DNA from: a virus
Lineage: Duplodnaviria; Caudoviricetes
Strand: one strand, 5' to 3'
Length of the DNA stretch: 46,021 nt
Virus record (IMG/VR): IMGVR_UViG_3300046323_000666
Location: 1-46,021 of that record
Position 1 is the stretch's first letter, and the number at the start of each line of letters is the position of its first letter. The notes beneath the pieces are model-generated. The model did not search any database and was not told the origin of the DNA. It saw only the letters and a list, made by a program, of their open reading frames with translations. The translations under genes were made by a program, and so were the position numbers. Positions 35,403-45,857 of this stretch are shown piece after piece.

Positions 35403-38400
35403 TTACACATAACTTTTAGTAGTATTAGTATTTACCGCATATACTTCCGTTTTAGTATTTTTCATTAATTGGGCTGAAACTTGCAAATGATAGCCCAATA
35501 GCCCTCTCGATTCGGCACGTTGGTCTTTTGAAATCATCACGTAATTCCCCGAAACAAAATTTGCAACGGCATCTAATGTCAAAGTTTTTGCGGTTTTCGA
35601 AACTATTTTCCCTACAACTAAATTAGCTTGATTCAAAACTGTATCTCCAATGGATATTTCATCTTCTAATCGGAACGCAAAAGTCAATACAAGCCCCGAT
35701 AGTGTGCAATTTCCAATACCCTGAACCGAAAGATTAGAACTGTCTAAAACGCTGTTAGAGGTTCTTATATAGGCTCGTTTTACTCCTTCTTGATTAACGA
35801 AGTCGGTTTTATCTATTTGCCCTGAATCTAAATCAGTAAGTAGGCTTACATCCCAAGCATCAGACCCTTCAATCTCAATATTTTTATAAATTTTTCTTTC
35901 GCTAGGTGCTTGTGAAAAATTAAATACAAATTTGCTCAAATATTCTGTTCCGTAAAAAGTGTTTCTTCCTGTAGGTTGATTGTGTTCGTAAATTTCCCCG
36001 TTGTAAAATGATAGAAACTTTCCGTTAACCCTACACATATCTTCAGGATTGAAAGTTATTCTACCCAACCATCCATTGTCTTTATCGCTATAAACCCAAG
36101 TAACATAATCATTGGCGTTGTTGTTCATTTTGATATTCAACACATAAACGTCATGGTGTTGGTCGTACTCCCCAATGATATTATTAATGATATTATCACG
36201 AAATAATTTCTTAAAGTAAGAGTTCATTCCTTGACTTGAAATCTCAAACAATCCGTTGTTGAAGTTGTCCTTTAACACAACCCCTCTTTTAGTATCGGTA
36301 AAATAAGTGTTTGTTCCGTATTCGTCAAAACTTTCAGCGTGATACGAAATTCCATATTCACCAGGAGTCATTTGCTGTTCCCCTAAAACATACTCCACCT
36401 TTGTTAGATTCGTACTTCCATCAGCGTTGTATAGTAAGTCTTTACCATACAAAACAGTACTACACTTATCCTCTTGACGTACTTCAAGATTATTGTCCGT
36501 GCCTTTTATTTTAACTATTTTACCATAAGACTTATCCATATCCTCTTTGTAGTTGGCTAGTGATAAGTTAAACTCATTTAGCTTGTTTACATTAGAATTT
36601 GAATTAAAAACACCTGAATAGGTAATGTCGGCAAAGCGTCTAATTTGCTTATATTCAACTTCGCTAACCGCCGTAGGGCTTGAATCTATTGAAAAACTAT
36701 TTTCGTTAAAAGCATCCCTAATTCTATTACTTTCTACGCCGTTCCCGAAACTGAAACAATTAAACGCCCTAGTTAATATATGGTCTTCAAATTCGTGTTC
36801 ACCATCTATTACTCTGTATTTTTCTGGGGTTTTAAAAAAAGGCGTGTTAGGCTCTAAAATAGGGTCGGTTTCGAATATTAAGTTCCCCCTAGAAAAAGAA
36901 ACATCAAATTTAACTCTAGTGTGAATGTCTCTTGAAGATGTCCCGTCTCTATTTGGTCTTACAGTAAAAGTTTCCCCATTGGCGCTAAAAATACCTTTAT
37001 ATCCGGTTAACAGAATAGTATCAGCAAAAGATGCCCATTCGCTAAGAATCCTTACTTCCGCATCAAACCAATCTTTAACCGAATCGTAATCTTCACTTGC
37101 AGTTAACTCTCTATTAAAAGTATGTTTAAAAGCAATCGATCCATAGGCTTCTACTTCAATAAAAACATTAATCACAGAACCTCCGTTGATTTCATAGGGT
37201 TCAAAAACAGATGCGGCATTATACTCCCCAAACTCTGGACTTGTTGTTATATCGCCACGAGTAGGGTATCTTCTTGTTACATAAGCTGAAAATTCTTTGT
37301 TAGAATCTTTTTCAACGTTCATATCAAAATTCCCTTGTTTTACTTTTATGTAATATCCTGATTTTTCTTTTAGTTCGGTAGTGACGGCTAAGTTATTGCC
37401 TTCAATAAAGTTTGCGTCCTTATACCCAGCTTCCAAAACTTTTACTTTAACCAAACGGTCTATAACCCCACTAAAATCAGACTTCAAAATCAACTCATCG
37501 CCTTCGTTTACCTTGTTTTTGTTTTCGCCTACAATGTTTATCCATCGAAACAAGCCGTCCTTGTAAACTAAATTACCATATAGCGTATCGTAGGCTTTTT
37601 TGGGTTGTTTTATTCCAAAACGATAGTATTTAGCCCAAGATGGAGGGTTGTGATTTAAAGAAACTTTTAATTTATTTATCAACGCACTATTTTCTGCTGG
37701 AATATGAACTGTGTTGGTAGGGCAAATCAAAGCGGTGCTTTCTCTTCCTTCGTTATCTAAATACACCATACACACTTCCAAATCCCGATTGCTATGCAAA
37801 CTAGCATAAGAATCTCCTGCGGTTACGGTAGTGCTATATTCGTCAACAATATGAAAATCTGTTTTGTGCTCTGTTATGCCTGAAGGTTCAGTTACGTTAT
37901 AAACTACTTTTGGAGTCCTAATTTTTAAATATCCAGTAGCAGGAATACTAACTAAAAAACCAACGTATGATAATGGCACTTCTTCGCCCTCGTAACTCAT
38001 ATAAGGCTTAAAGGAAGTTGAAAAAGAACCTTCTATTTGTTCTTTAAAAGAGGAATTAGCTATAAAATCAGCTAGATTAGTATAGTTTGAAGTAAGAGTG
38101 TAAGGAAAAGTAATGTCAATCACATTGCCCTCATTTAACGATGATTTCAGCGTAAAATTAAATCGCATTTGTTTTCCTGACGAAAAAACAAAAGTTGATA
38201 AATCAGTAATACAATCTCTTTTTATAATGGTATTCCCCTCTAAAGAAGATAATACACCCGTAGAGTTGGGATAAGATAGTTGACTTGTCGCCGAATAAAC
38301 ATATTCAGAAATTTTCGAGGTAAAAACAACGCCTCCCCATATCCCAAAGGTAAGTGTTGCGTTATAAATTAAACCATCTGCACTATAGACAAAATAGGTT

Positions 38401-39806
38401 AAGTTACGGTCAACGGTGCTTTCGTAGGCAAGTGTTTGAGTACCTGTTAATCCTGTCCATTCTGTGACTAACACACCCGCATCTCTAACAACCACTTTAT
38501 AAACGACATCGCTATATGACTGTCTTGGGGTTATGGTAATTGAATTCTTAGCCTTATTCCCTATAGATAAAGTATAGCTAATGACGTTCGTAGTGAAATT
38601 CATGTAATCTACAGGAGTACTACCACCTCCTGCTAATCCCGATTCAAAATCAATTAAGTTGGAGTACAAATTAGAATCAACGTGATTTTCAATTGTAGTC
38701 GTTAGTGCGTCTGAAAAAACATCTTCTGATACTATTTCTAAATCAAAATCAACGTCTTCCGTGATGTTTCTACCTTCCAAATAATCCGAATAACCTAGTC
38801 TATTTCCAAATACTGTTTGCGCCCCTGCCTGTAGAGGTACGTTGTCAAAAGACCTCGTGTATTGACTTTCGGGTAGTGGCAAGTAAAGTTTACTGTTGTC
38901 AAACTGAAAGGTTTGAGTAATGCTGTTGCCTGTTTTTTTAAACTTATCTACAATATAAACCGTAGACGAGTTGGACTCTCTCATTAATAATTGAACTTCT
39001 AAAACGCTTCTTACTCCTGTGTTATAAGACACGTCAACAGCGTTAAATAGATTAAGCATCCCTTTGTTATCGTAGGTCTGATAGTCCATTTTAAACGAGT
39101 CTGGCGAAAACGCCACTTCGCTCCAAGGGGAAAAAGCAGAAAATAAATTATCGTTGTATTTGTATCTGTAAGCAAAGCAAATAAACTTATCGTTTATAAA
39201 ATCTTCTACCCCTCCACTTGCACTTGTTGTCAAAACAAGGGTAGGAGCGTCTATTGGCGCGGGTTTCATTACACTTATTTCTTCATCTGTAAACCAATCT
39301 ATACCTAAAGCAATGTGATTGGCTTTAAATCTTTCGATATTAAGTAGTCTTAGCGGGTTGCTATCTCCCGAAAAAGCCAATAAATTACCTCCTTGTTTAG
39401 TGTCTGTATCATAAGGTTCACCGCTTACAATTACATCTACATTTCTTATTCTTTCTCCTGATATAAAATTTAACCTACCAGTAGTGGCTACAGATTGCGC
39501 TACAATAGCAGACGCAAAAGTCACACTATCATATTCTATAATATAATCGTGATTCGTGCCTTTTATAAAATTGTAAACTTTGTTGTCGCTAGAGTTTACT
39601 CCGTGTCCTATCGTTTTTCCTCCCGTAATGGCATAGGCAGTTTTCAAAACATTTCCCAAAGCATTTTTTCCAATCCCACCACTCGAAGCCTCTACCGTGG
39701 CAACAAAGAAGTTTTCAGCGTCTACAAGTTCGTCAGAACTCACAAAACGAGGGTCGGCATCCTTATTGATTATACCCTTCAAAAATGTATTTTGGAATTT
39801 TATCAT
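35403..39806 (-). CDS. Tail stabilization/nozzle protein (1467 aa)
   Basis: F.KG.INKD.DPR N-terminus; FAYRYKY.D...S.FSPWS; NCFSFGNGVES.RIRD pattern of Bacteroidota podovirus/crAss-like tail proteins. Confidence 0.75.
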   Translation of the reverse strand: MIKFQNTFLKGIINKDADPRFVSSDELVDAENFFVATVEASSGGIGKNALGNVLKTAYAITGGKTIGHGVNSSDNKVYNFIKGTNHDYIIEYDSVTFASAIVAQSVATTGRLNFISGERIRNVDVIVSGEPYDTDTKQGGNLLAFSGDSNPLRLLNIERFKANHIALGIDWFTDEEISVMKPAPIDAPTLVLTTSASGGVEDFINDKFICFAYRYKYNDNLFSAFSPWSEVAFSPDSFKMDYQTYDNKGMLNLFNAVDVSYNTGVRSVLEVQLLMRESNSSTVYIVDKFKKTGNSITQTFQFDNSKLYLPLPESQYTRSFDNVPLQAGAQTVFGNRLGYSDYLEGRNITEDVDFDLEIVSEDVFSDALTTTIENHVDSNLYSNLIDFESGLAGGGSTPVDYMNFTTNVISYTLSIGNKAKNSITITPRQSYSDVVYKVVVRDAGVLVTEWTGLTGTQTLAYESTVDRNLTYFVYSADGLIYNATLTFGIWGGVVFTSKISEYVYSATSQLSYPNSTGVLSSLEGNTIIKRDCITDLSTFVFSSGKQMRFNFTLKSSLNEGNVIDITFPYTLTSNYTNLADFIANSSFKEQIEGSFSTSFKPYMSYEGEEVPLSYVGFLVSIPATGYLKIRTPKVVYNVTEPSGITEHKTDFHIVDEYSTTVTAGDSYASLHSNRDLEVCMVYLDNEGRESTALICPTNTVHIPAENSALINKLKVSLNHNPPSWAKYYRFGIKQPKKAYDTLYGNLVYKDGLFRWINIVGENKNKVNEGDELILKSDFSGVIDRLVKVKVLEAGYKDANFIEGNNLAVTTELKEKSGYYIKVKQGNFDMNVEKDSNKEFSAYVTRRYPTRGDITTSPEFGEYNAASVFEPYEINGGSVINVFIEVEAYGSIAFKHTFNRELTASEDYDSVKDWFDAEVRILSEWASFADTILLTGYKGIFSANGETFTVRPNRDGTSSRDIHTRVKFDVSFSRGNLIFETDPILEPNTPFFKTPEKYRVIDGEHEFEDHILTRAFNCFSFGNGVESNRIRDAFNENSFSIDSSPTAVSEVEYKQIRRFADITYSGVFNSNSNVNKLNEFNLSLANYKEDMDKSYGKIVKIKGTDNNLEVRQEDKCSTVLYGKDLLYNADGSTNLTKVEYVLGEQQMTPGEYGISYHAESFDEYGTNTYFTDTKRGVVLKDNFNNGLFEISSQGMNSYFKKLFRDNIINNIIGEYDQHHDVYVLNIKMNNNANDYVTWVYSDKDNGWLGRITFNPEDMCRVNGKFLSFYNGEIYEHNQPTGRNTFYGTEYLSKFVFNFSQAPSERKIYKNIEIEGSDAWDVSLLTDLDSGQIDKTDFVNQEGVKRAYIRTSNSVLDSSNLSVQGIGNCTLSGLVLTFAFRLEDEISIGDTVLNQANLVVGKIVSKTAKTLTLDAVANFVSGNYVMISKDQRAESRGLLGYHLQVSAQLMKNTKTEVYAVNTNTTKSYV

Positions 39807-39807
39807 C

Positions 39808-39933
39808 TTACTTTATTGGTGGGTTATATCCAGTTAAAAACCTACCTTTATCGGAAGGAACGAAAATTACTTTACTGTTAGGAATATTATTTTCCCATCG
39901 AAAATCTCCACGTATTAATTTTACTTTATCCAT
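39808..39933 (-). CDS. 41-aa ORF (MDKVKLIRGDFRWENNIPNSKVIFVPSDKGRFLTGYNPPIK)
   Basis: Translated by hand; overlaps the upstream stop and ends 1 nt before the next ATG. Confidence 0.6.
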   Translation of the reverse strand: MDKVKLIRGDFRWENNIPNSKVIFVPSDKGRFLTGYNPPIK

Positions 39934-40769
39934 TGTCTTTTTGCATTAAGGAATAGCATTATGTCGGAAATTTTAATGTCCATCATTGCTATTTTTGCGT
40001 TTTTATATTCGGCAAACCACATTTTTTTAGCTTCATTTTTCTCGTACATTGGAACGTTGAATAATGTTTTCATTAACTCGTAGTTCACATAGTTGTAGAG
40101 TGCTTGTTCAGCAAGTTTGCTTACTTTAATTTCGCTTTCGTTGCTGTATTCCAATCCATCCGAAATGTATTCAACCATCAACACTCTACTTGCATTATCG
40201 GAGCTAAAATGTACTTTACCACTTCTAGTATCAATGTTAAAATAACCGTTGGCATTTTGTGTAGGGTCTAATCTAAAATTGGAATGAACGCTACCGCAAC
40301 CACCCTCAAAAACACGTCTATTTACCCTGTCATTTAATTCCGAATAATAAGTATTACCCTCTAATATAAATCCATCATCATCAAATAAGATTTCAGCATC
40401 ATGGTCTTGCAAATAAGCCGTAGCCATTGCCATTCTTTCGTTTCTCGATAGCACCATCAATTCTCCTGTTTCTGGATTCACATACGAAAAACGGACATAA
40501 TTTACATAGTCAGGAGGTAGTGTTATATCATTAGTGTCGCCAAGTTCTAATTCTACTTTTTTTACCTCTCTCAAAGCGTTCATAGAGAATTTCTTGATTC
40601 CTTGCTTGAATTGATATAAGATTTTTGAACGAGGAACTTTATTTAAAATCGTTCCGTCCCCCGTAAAGTTCGAAATGAAATTAATAACCATTTCTTCCAA
40701 TGAAACGTACGAATATGAACCGTGATTCGCTTCGTCGGAATAATATTCTTCGGGGTTCATTGAAGCCAT
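39921..40769 (-). CDS. Tail ring/tubular structural protein
   Basis: LP.DYVNYVR, LEY.SDGL-like motifs; position in the virion module. Confidence 0.7.
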   Translation of the reverse strand: MASMNPEEYYSDEANHGSYSYVSLEEMVINFISNFTGDGTILNKVPRSKILYQFKQGIKKFSMNALREVKKVELELGDTNDITLPPDYVNYVRFSYVNPETGELMVLSRNERMAMATAYLQDHDAEILFDDDGFILEGNTYYSELNDRVNRRVFEGGCGSVHSNFRLDPTQNANGYFNIDTRSGKVHFSSDNASRVLMVEYISDGLEYSNESEIKVSKLAEQALYNYVNYELMKTLFNVPMYEKNEAKKMWFAEYKNAKIAMMDIKISDIMLFLNAKRQWIK

Positions 40770-40771
40770 AA

Positions 40772-41509
40772 TTAAGATTGTTTTTGTTCAGTTACTACCT
40801 CTGAATTTGCAGCAGCGGCTACTACTTCATCTTGTTGAATAGAAAGTCCGCAGAAAGCCATTATTTTCATTACAAGTGGGTAGAAAAGGCTTTCATCTAT
40901 TTCTATATCTTGTCTGTCACTCGCTCCCGCACTAAAAACAGGGTTTCCGTTTCCGTCTAATATGTAACTCCATTTAGGGGCTTTAGGAGTTCTGATATAA
41001 AGCAACTCTACTGAATATCCCGCAGGTGCTTTTGGAAAAACTCTATATCCTGAACCTATTTTAGTGTAGATAGGATAGGTAGTAGTTGGGGCATTTAACT
41101 TAGAATTGATTGCGTTATTCCAAATATCTCCTTTTGGCACTTCTTCACAACTTGCTTTTTTACCCGAAGCGGTTAACACTAATGATAATCCACTAGTTCG
41201 GTACAAATCGGCTCCGTCATAAGTCCAAACATCATTAGGTGCGCTATAAGTGAAATTCGACGGCGTAGTAAACTCTGAAAAGTTATCAATTTGCTCCTGA
41301 ATATTCTTTGGAATATCTGCAAATCCATTGTTTGCTATGTGTCTTTGTTGGTTATTTAACCACTTGTTATACTGAAAAAATAGGTTTTCAAACAGCTCTA
41401 ATTGAGCTAAATGACAAAAAGCATCAAACTCCATAGGAGAAATAAACGCCCTGTTGTTTTTGTCCAACAATAACAATACGGTATTTCGGCACTTATTAAT
41501 TGAAATCAT
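40772..41509 (-). CDS. Head-tail adaptor/ring structural protein
   Basis: VL.LLDKNN.AFISP.EF..F...AQLE.F; YIR.PK.PKW. Confidence 0.7.
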   Translation of the reverse strand: MISINKCRNTVLLLLDKNNRAFISPMEFDAFCHLAQLELFENLFFQYNKWLNNQQRHIANNGFADIPKNIQEQIDNFSEFTTPSNFTYSAPNDVWTYDGADLYRTSGLSLVLTASGKKASCEEVPKGDIWNNAINSKLNAPTTTYPIYTKIGSGYRVFPKAPAGYSVELLYIRTPKAPKWSYILDGNGNPVFSAGASDRQDIEIDESLFYPLVMKIMAFCGLSIQQDEVVAAAANSEVVTEQKQS

Positions 41510-41526
41510 ACTTCGAGTATTTTCAA

Positions 41527-41569
41527 CAAAGATAAAAAATAAACGTTCGCAAATGTTTGTTGTCGTTTA
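41527..41569 (-). promoter_or_regulatory. Late promoter copy 2
   Basis: TAAACGACAACAAACATTTG-N15-TATCTTTG. Confidence 0.75.
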
Positions 41570-41575
41570 TTTTAC

Positions 41576-41604
41576 AAAAAAACCACCCTGAAAAGAGTGG
41601 TTTT
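41576..41604 (-). terminator. Intrinsic terminator
   Basis: AAAACCAC..GTGGTTTT stem with a T-run on the minus strand. Confidence 0.7.
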
Positions 41605-41621
41605 AATGCTATTTTAAGATT

Positions 41622-42686
41622 TTATTTCGAATGCAACAAGAACTCATAAAACGTTCTCCCTACTCCTGACTCAAAGTATTTCACGATTTCTTCAATTTCA
41701 TCGTGATTTTTGGCTACTTCAAGAATAACTTCTCGGTTTTTGTTCATCCAACGATAGGTGCTGTAAATCAATTCCCCTGTTGCCATAGCTCCTTTGACTA
41801 CTCCTTTGATTTTTATCGTTGGGTCTTCAGTGTATGCGATGTATTTTGCAGGGTCTTTTTTAGCAATAGCCAATACTTCTTCCTCTAATAATTCTGTACT
41901 CCAAGAATCAACGTAATTAGGGCATTCTACCGATGCAATGGCTCTATTTGTTATTTCGCCTACACCAAATACCAATCCCAATGCTTTCAAGTTTAATTTC
42001 TCTTTCGCTACAATCTCTCTTGATTTAGCTTTTGGATCGTACTCTGTAAATATTTTATCTTTGTACGGGTGAATATGCAAGAATTTCTGCAAGTTGATTT
42101 CGTTGGCAGGCACTTTTAGTCGCCCAAACTTAAACAAGATTTCCGCCAATACTACCGAACCTGGTTCTTTACTTTGATTCTCCTGAAAAAATGAAGGCTG
42201 ATTACTAGCATAACGTAGAATATGCACCTTGTTTTTTACTTTGTTAAAGTACTGTAAAGGCACTAAATCAGTATGTTTTGATGGGATAGATGCCGAAACT
42301 GGTTTTCCGTCCAAATATTCATACTCCCTATCTCTAACTTCCCAATTTTTAAATTCTGGCAAATCTTCGATGTCGTATTCTTCTTTTACCAATGGCGGTT
42401 GGTATTGGGGTTGCTGTGGTTGAGCAAAACTGATTCCTTTTAGCTTTTCAGCTACCATTTTGTCAAGCATTTCGCTTACTTGTGATAGTGGAATTGTAGG
42501 CTCTTTTTCTTCCGCCACAATTGGTGCTTTTTCTTCGATTGCATCCGGAGCAGTTTCAAAAGATTTTAGGTATTCATCCAACGGAATTTCCCCTACATAT
42601 TCTTTTTGGTCGTTGATTAATCCTTCATTTGCCATTTGCTTGTATAGCTTAGACAAATGGTGCGGTAACTTTGTTTCTGTACTCAT
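41622..42686 (-). CDS. Conserved virion-module hypothetical protein downstream of the capsid gene
   Basis: LRYASNQPSFF...F..G.L.VP...LQKFL.IHP; start 42686 preferred. Confidence 0.75.
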   Translation of the reverse strand: MSTETKLPHHLSKLYKQMANEGLINDQKEYVGEIPLDEYLKSFETAPDAIEEKAPIVAEEKEPTIPLSQVSEMLDKMVAEKLKGISFAQPQQPQYQPPLVKEEYDIEDLPEFKNWEVRDREYEYLDGKPVSASIPSKHTDLVPLQYFNKVKNKVHILRYASNQPSFFQENQSKEPGSVVLAEILFKFGRLKVPANEINLQKFLHIHPYKDKIFTEYDPKAKSREIVAKEKLNLKALGLVFGVGEITNRAIASVECPNYVDSWSTELLEEEVLAIAKKDPAKYIAYTEDPTIKIKGVVKGAMATGELIYSTYRWMNKNREVILEVAKNHDEIEEIVKYFESGVGRTFYEFLLHSK

Positions 42687-42720
42687 TTTGTTTTGATTTA
42701 ATTGATTATTTATTGAACAA

Positions 42721-42763
42721 CAAAGGTAAATGTTATTCATTTACAAACGTTTGTTGTCGTTTA
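42721..42763 (-). promoter_or_regulatory. Late promoter copy 3
   Basis: TAAACGACAACAAACGTTTG-N15-TACCTTTG. Confidence 0.75.
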
Positions 42764-42775
42764 AATTTTGGACGT

Positions 42776-42805
42776 AAAAAAACCCACTCGATTTGAGTGG
42801 GTTTT
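42776..42805 (-). terminator. Intrinsic terminator after the major capsid gene
   Basis: AAAACCCACTC-gattt-GAGTGGGTTTT. Confidence 0.85.
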
Positions 42806-42822
42806 AATCTAAAAACTATCCT

Positions 42823-44163
42823 TTAACCCTGAAATTTCACAGTGTTGTTTCTTCCTATCAAAACCGTAGCCGATTCGTTTTGGAATTCACAAGTGATGGT
42901 ATCAGTCAAACTTGTTCCTTCTTTCCAGTCTCTAACAACCATTTCGTAATCACGGTTTGTAGCGCCATATTGACGATTTCTAACGTGAATCATTGGTTTA
43001 ACAGATGGCGTTCCGACCATTGGGTCTACTACAGATTGAGAAGCAGAAGGAATCAAGAAACCATTTACTTTAGAAACCCCTGTGATTGCTCCTTGAGCAG
43101 TTGTTTCTTTTAAGTATTGTAATGGAGAATAAGCGAAATCATATCCACCTAAACAATATCCTTGAAAAGATAATTGTTGCACCATATTCTTGTCGTTATT
43201 GAATTGTCCGTAAGCAGAACCAGTTGTTACGTTGGTAGAAGCTAAGAACTTATCAATAGCAAAACAGAAAGCGGTTGTTCCGTAGATGATGTTATCTCTC
43301 AATTGTCCTTGTTTTTCCAAACGGTCAATCAAACTTTCGGCAGATGCGAAGTCAGCGATTGTTCCTGCGAAGATATTTCCTTCCCCCATTGCAGAAAGCA
43401 AACCTTGACGACCCTTGTATCCTGCGGCAAGTAAATCACCCGCCCAAGACTCTGAATTAAAGTGAGCAGACTCTACTTTGTTTCTGAAACGTCTTTCGGT
43501 ATTGTCTTTGTTTACGTCATACCAAATATAACCTAATGTATTTCCTGTGGTATTGTCAGTTGCTTTCAACCAAGAAATTTGAGCCATATTTGTACGGTTC
43601 TCGCTAACCATCTCTTTTGTGATAGTACCACGAGTTGTGTATTGTTGGTATTTTGTATTCAATGATTCTTGCATACCTGCTGAACCTTTTAAGAATTCAG
43701 AACTGTCGGCAAAAACTGAAATTCCTGTAGCTCCTAACGCTGTCCATCCTGCTGCTTGACCACAAGATGCGGTGAAAGTAGTTGAAGTTGTAGCGGAGAT
43801 TCTACCTTTTCTTGAAATTGTTCCGTCAGGTAAGAAGGCTTGAATAACTTCACCTACTCTAAAAGTATGGTCAGCTAATGTAAATACATCTGCTGTACGC
43901 GCTACTCCTGTGGCAAGTTGAGTTAATCTATCTTCTTCTGTCCAAGTGATAACATCACTTGCATAAGGAATTTTACGTCCTGTTTTTTCGAAAAAACCGT
44001 CAATCATTTGGCTACCATATCGCTTGTTTAAGGTTTTATCCATATCAGGCAATTGGTGGTCAAAATAATCCAAGTCGGTCAAATCTAAATAATTCGCTGC
44101 TGTAGGTACTTTTGTCGCACTTGGCGTGTATCTTACTGCTGGTGATCCTGCTATTGCTCCCAT
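42823..44163 (-). CDS. Major capsid protein (446 aa)
   Basis: Size, position after the scaffold-like gene, strong terminator; LP......RYG...SD.I.W.E..RL pattern of Bacteroidota phage capsids. Confidence 0.8.
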   Translation of the reverse strand: MGAIAGSPAVRYTPSATKVPTAANYLDLTDLDYFDHQLPDMDKTLNKRYGSQMIDGFFEKTGRKIPYASDVITWTEEDRLTQLATGVARTADVFTLADHTFRVGEVIQAFLPDGTISRKGRISATTSTTFTASCGQAAGWTALGATGISVFADSSEFLKGSAGMQESLNTKYQQYTTRGTITKEMVSENRTNMAQISWLKATDNTTGNTLGYIWYDVNKDNTERRFRNKVESAHFNSESWAGDLLAAGYKGRQGLLSAMGEGNIFAGTIADFASAESLIDRLEKQGQLRDNIIYGTTAFCFAIDKFLASTNVTTGSAYGQFNNDKNMVQQLSFQGYCLGGYDFAYSPLQYLKETTAQGAITGVSKVNGFLIPSASQSVVDPMVGTPSVKPMIHVRNRQYGATNRDYEMVVRDWKEGTSLTDTITCEFQNESATVLIGRNNTVKFQG

Positions 44164-44213
44164 TTTTTGGTGTTTGTTTTAAAAATTAGTAATTGTTTTT
44201 AAAACAAGAAATT

Positions 44214-45323
44214 TTAGTTTTCCTTCGTAAACGAAATTCCAGATGTGCCAATATTCGGTACTGGTCTAATATTATCCGGCTGAATATTTTTAGAAACCTT
44301 GTCTTGGATTTCGAGTTCTTTTGCTCGTCCTCTTTGGTAGGCTTTATTCAGTTCGGTTTTATAGTTTTGTGCCATATAGATTGCTTCGTGATATTCTTTA
44401 ATATCTCGAATTTCCCCTGTCGTTTTGTCTAAGAACTTGCTAAAAAGATTAGTGCTGTCAAGCTGAAATTCTTTTACTTCGTTAAGATTGTCCGGTTTAA
44501 TGGTGAAATCTTCGAACCCTGTTTCCTCATCTCCCAGTTGAATTTTGAACCCTTCAAAATTGTTGGTAAATAAAGACTCGGTTCTTGAAATAAACTTATC
44601 TCTTACTGCCTTGTTTGTTGCATCAAACTCTTCTTCTTGCTTTTGTTGATTGTCAATCGCTTTTTTTGCTTCTCGATACTCAATTGGAATATGCTCGTCA
44701 GACCCTCCAACGGCATTGAATTCTTCTTTTCGTTTGTCGAAAAACGCATCGGCTTTCTTCAAATCGGTTTTAATATTTATCCTTCTATCTAGGATTTCAT
44801 CTTCGTCAATGTCTTCATCAAGATGCTCCATTCCGTATTGTTTCTCATACAGTCTGTTTGCTTCTCTATCAGTCAAATCGGGGTTTGAAAGTTTGATGTA
44901 GTTTCTTAATCTACTTTCTTCGCTTTCGGTACTCCAATCCTTCTGTGTTTCTAAGAAGTCATTGTAATTTGTATTTCCTGTTTTTTCAATGAACTCGTTG
45001 AATTTCTCCATCGCTGGAGCGTATTTCTTTTGCTCTTTTGAGGTTAATGAATCCTGAAATTCCTCAACCGTCATTCCTTTGGATTCTGCCAAAAATTTTA
45101 TGGCTAAATCCTCATTAAGCTCTACAGGCTCATATTCTTCTTCTACTTCAGTTACTTGCTCTTGAACTTGCTCTTGAACTTCTTCCTGTGCGGAAATTTC
45201 AGTTTCGACAGTAGGAATAATGATATTATCTTCTTCCGTAACAGGCGCAAATGATATTGTAGGCTCTTGATTCTCCGCTATAATTACTTCCGCTTCGGGA
45301 ATAATTGTTTCTTCCTGTGGCAT
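44214..45323 (-). CDS. Scaffold-like acidic protein
   Basis: Glu-rich N-terminus; directly upstream of the capsid gene. Confidence 0.65.
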   Translation of the reverse strand: MPQEETIIPEAEVIIAENQEPTISFAPVTEEDNIIIPTVETEISAQEEVQEQVQEQVTEVEEEYEPVELNEDLAIKFLAESKGMTVEEFQDSLTSKEQKKYAPAMEKFNEFIEKTGNTNYNDFLETQKDWSTESEESRLRNYIKLSNPDLTDREANRLYEKQYGMEHLDEDIDEDEILDRRINIKTDLKKADAFFDKRKEEFNAVGGSDEHIPIEYREAKKAIDNQQKQEEEFDATNKAVRDKFISRTESLFTNNFEGFKIQLGDEETGFEDFTIKPDNLNEVKEFQLDSTNLFSKFLDKTTGEIRDIKEYHEAIYMAQNYKTELNKAYQRGRAKELEIQDKVSKNIQPDNIRPVPNIGTSGISFTKEN

Positions 45324-45353
45324 AATATTTTGATTTGATTTGATTTATTAGTA

Positions 45354-45396
45354 CAAAAGTAAATTTTATATAAGTACAAACGTTTGTTGTCGTTTA
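45354..45396 (-). promoter_or_regulatory. Late promoter copy 4
   Basis: TAAACGACAACAAACGTTTG-N15-TACTTTTG. Confidence 0.75.
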
Positions 45397-45410
45397 TTTT
45401 TTATTTGTTT

Positions 45411-45845
45411 TTACGCTTTTTTAACCTTTACCATAGTTTTTTTAATTATTGGCATATCTTTTTCCAACGGCTCGTTTCTGCTATAAGAATCGCTAGTTAA
45501 GGCACTATATCCACCGCTATAATACTTGTCAGGTTCGGTATTGGTGCTTCTGCCTCTAGTTACCTGCGGAACACCTCCTTCTTTTCTTGTTTCATTGGCG
45601 GTTTTGTTTCCTGCTCGTCTTTGGTCTACTAAATCTTTACCTTCGAACTTAGCTTTCTTTGCCCCTACAATACTGTCATTTTTAGCAATTCCCTCTATTT
45701 CACGTCTTTTTTTGTTTATATCAGAGGTTTCATTTATTTTGCTAATATTTTCTTTAGTAAGTCCTGACGAAGCGTTACTTTCCGATACGGGTTTCTCTAC
45801 GGATTTTTTAGCTACTTTAACGATTGTTTTTTTCGGGTCTGGCAT
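45411..45845 (-). CDS. Basic hypothetical protein
   Basis: Lys-rich ORF in the virion module. Confidence 0.7.
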   Translation of the reverse strand: MPDPKKTIVKVAKKSVEKPVSESNASSGLTKENISKINETSDINKKRREIEGIAKNDSIVGAKKAKFEGKDLVDQRRAGNKTANETRKEGGVPQVTRGRSTNTEPDKYYSGGYSALTSDSYSRNEPLEKDMPIIKKTMVKVKKA

Positions 45846-45857
45846 AATTTCTATTTT

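Noticed and set aside
42687-42740. Upstream start at 42740 for the 372-aa ORF (likewise 6958, 14451 and 15521 for their genes)
   Set aside because: These extensions overlap promoter or att motifs; the downstream ATGs are more plausible starts.
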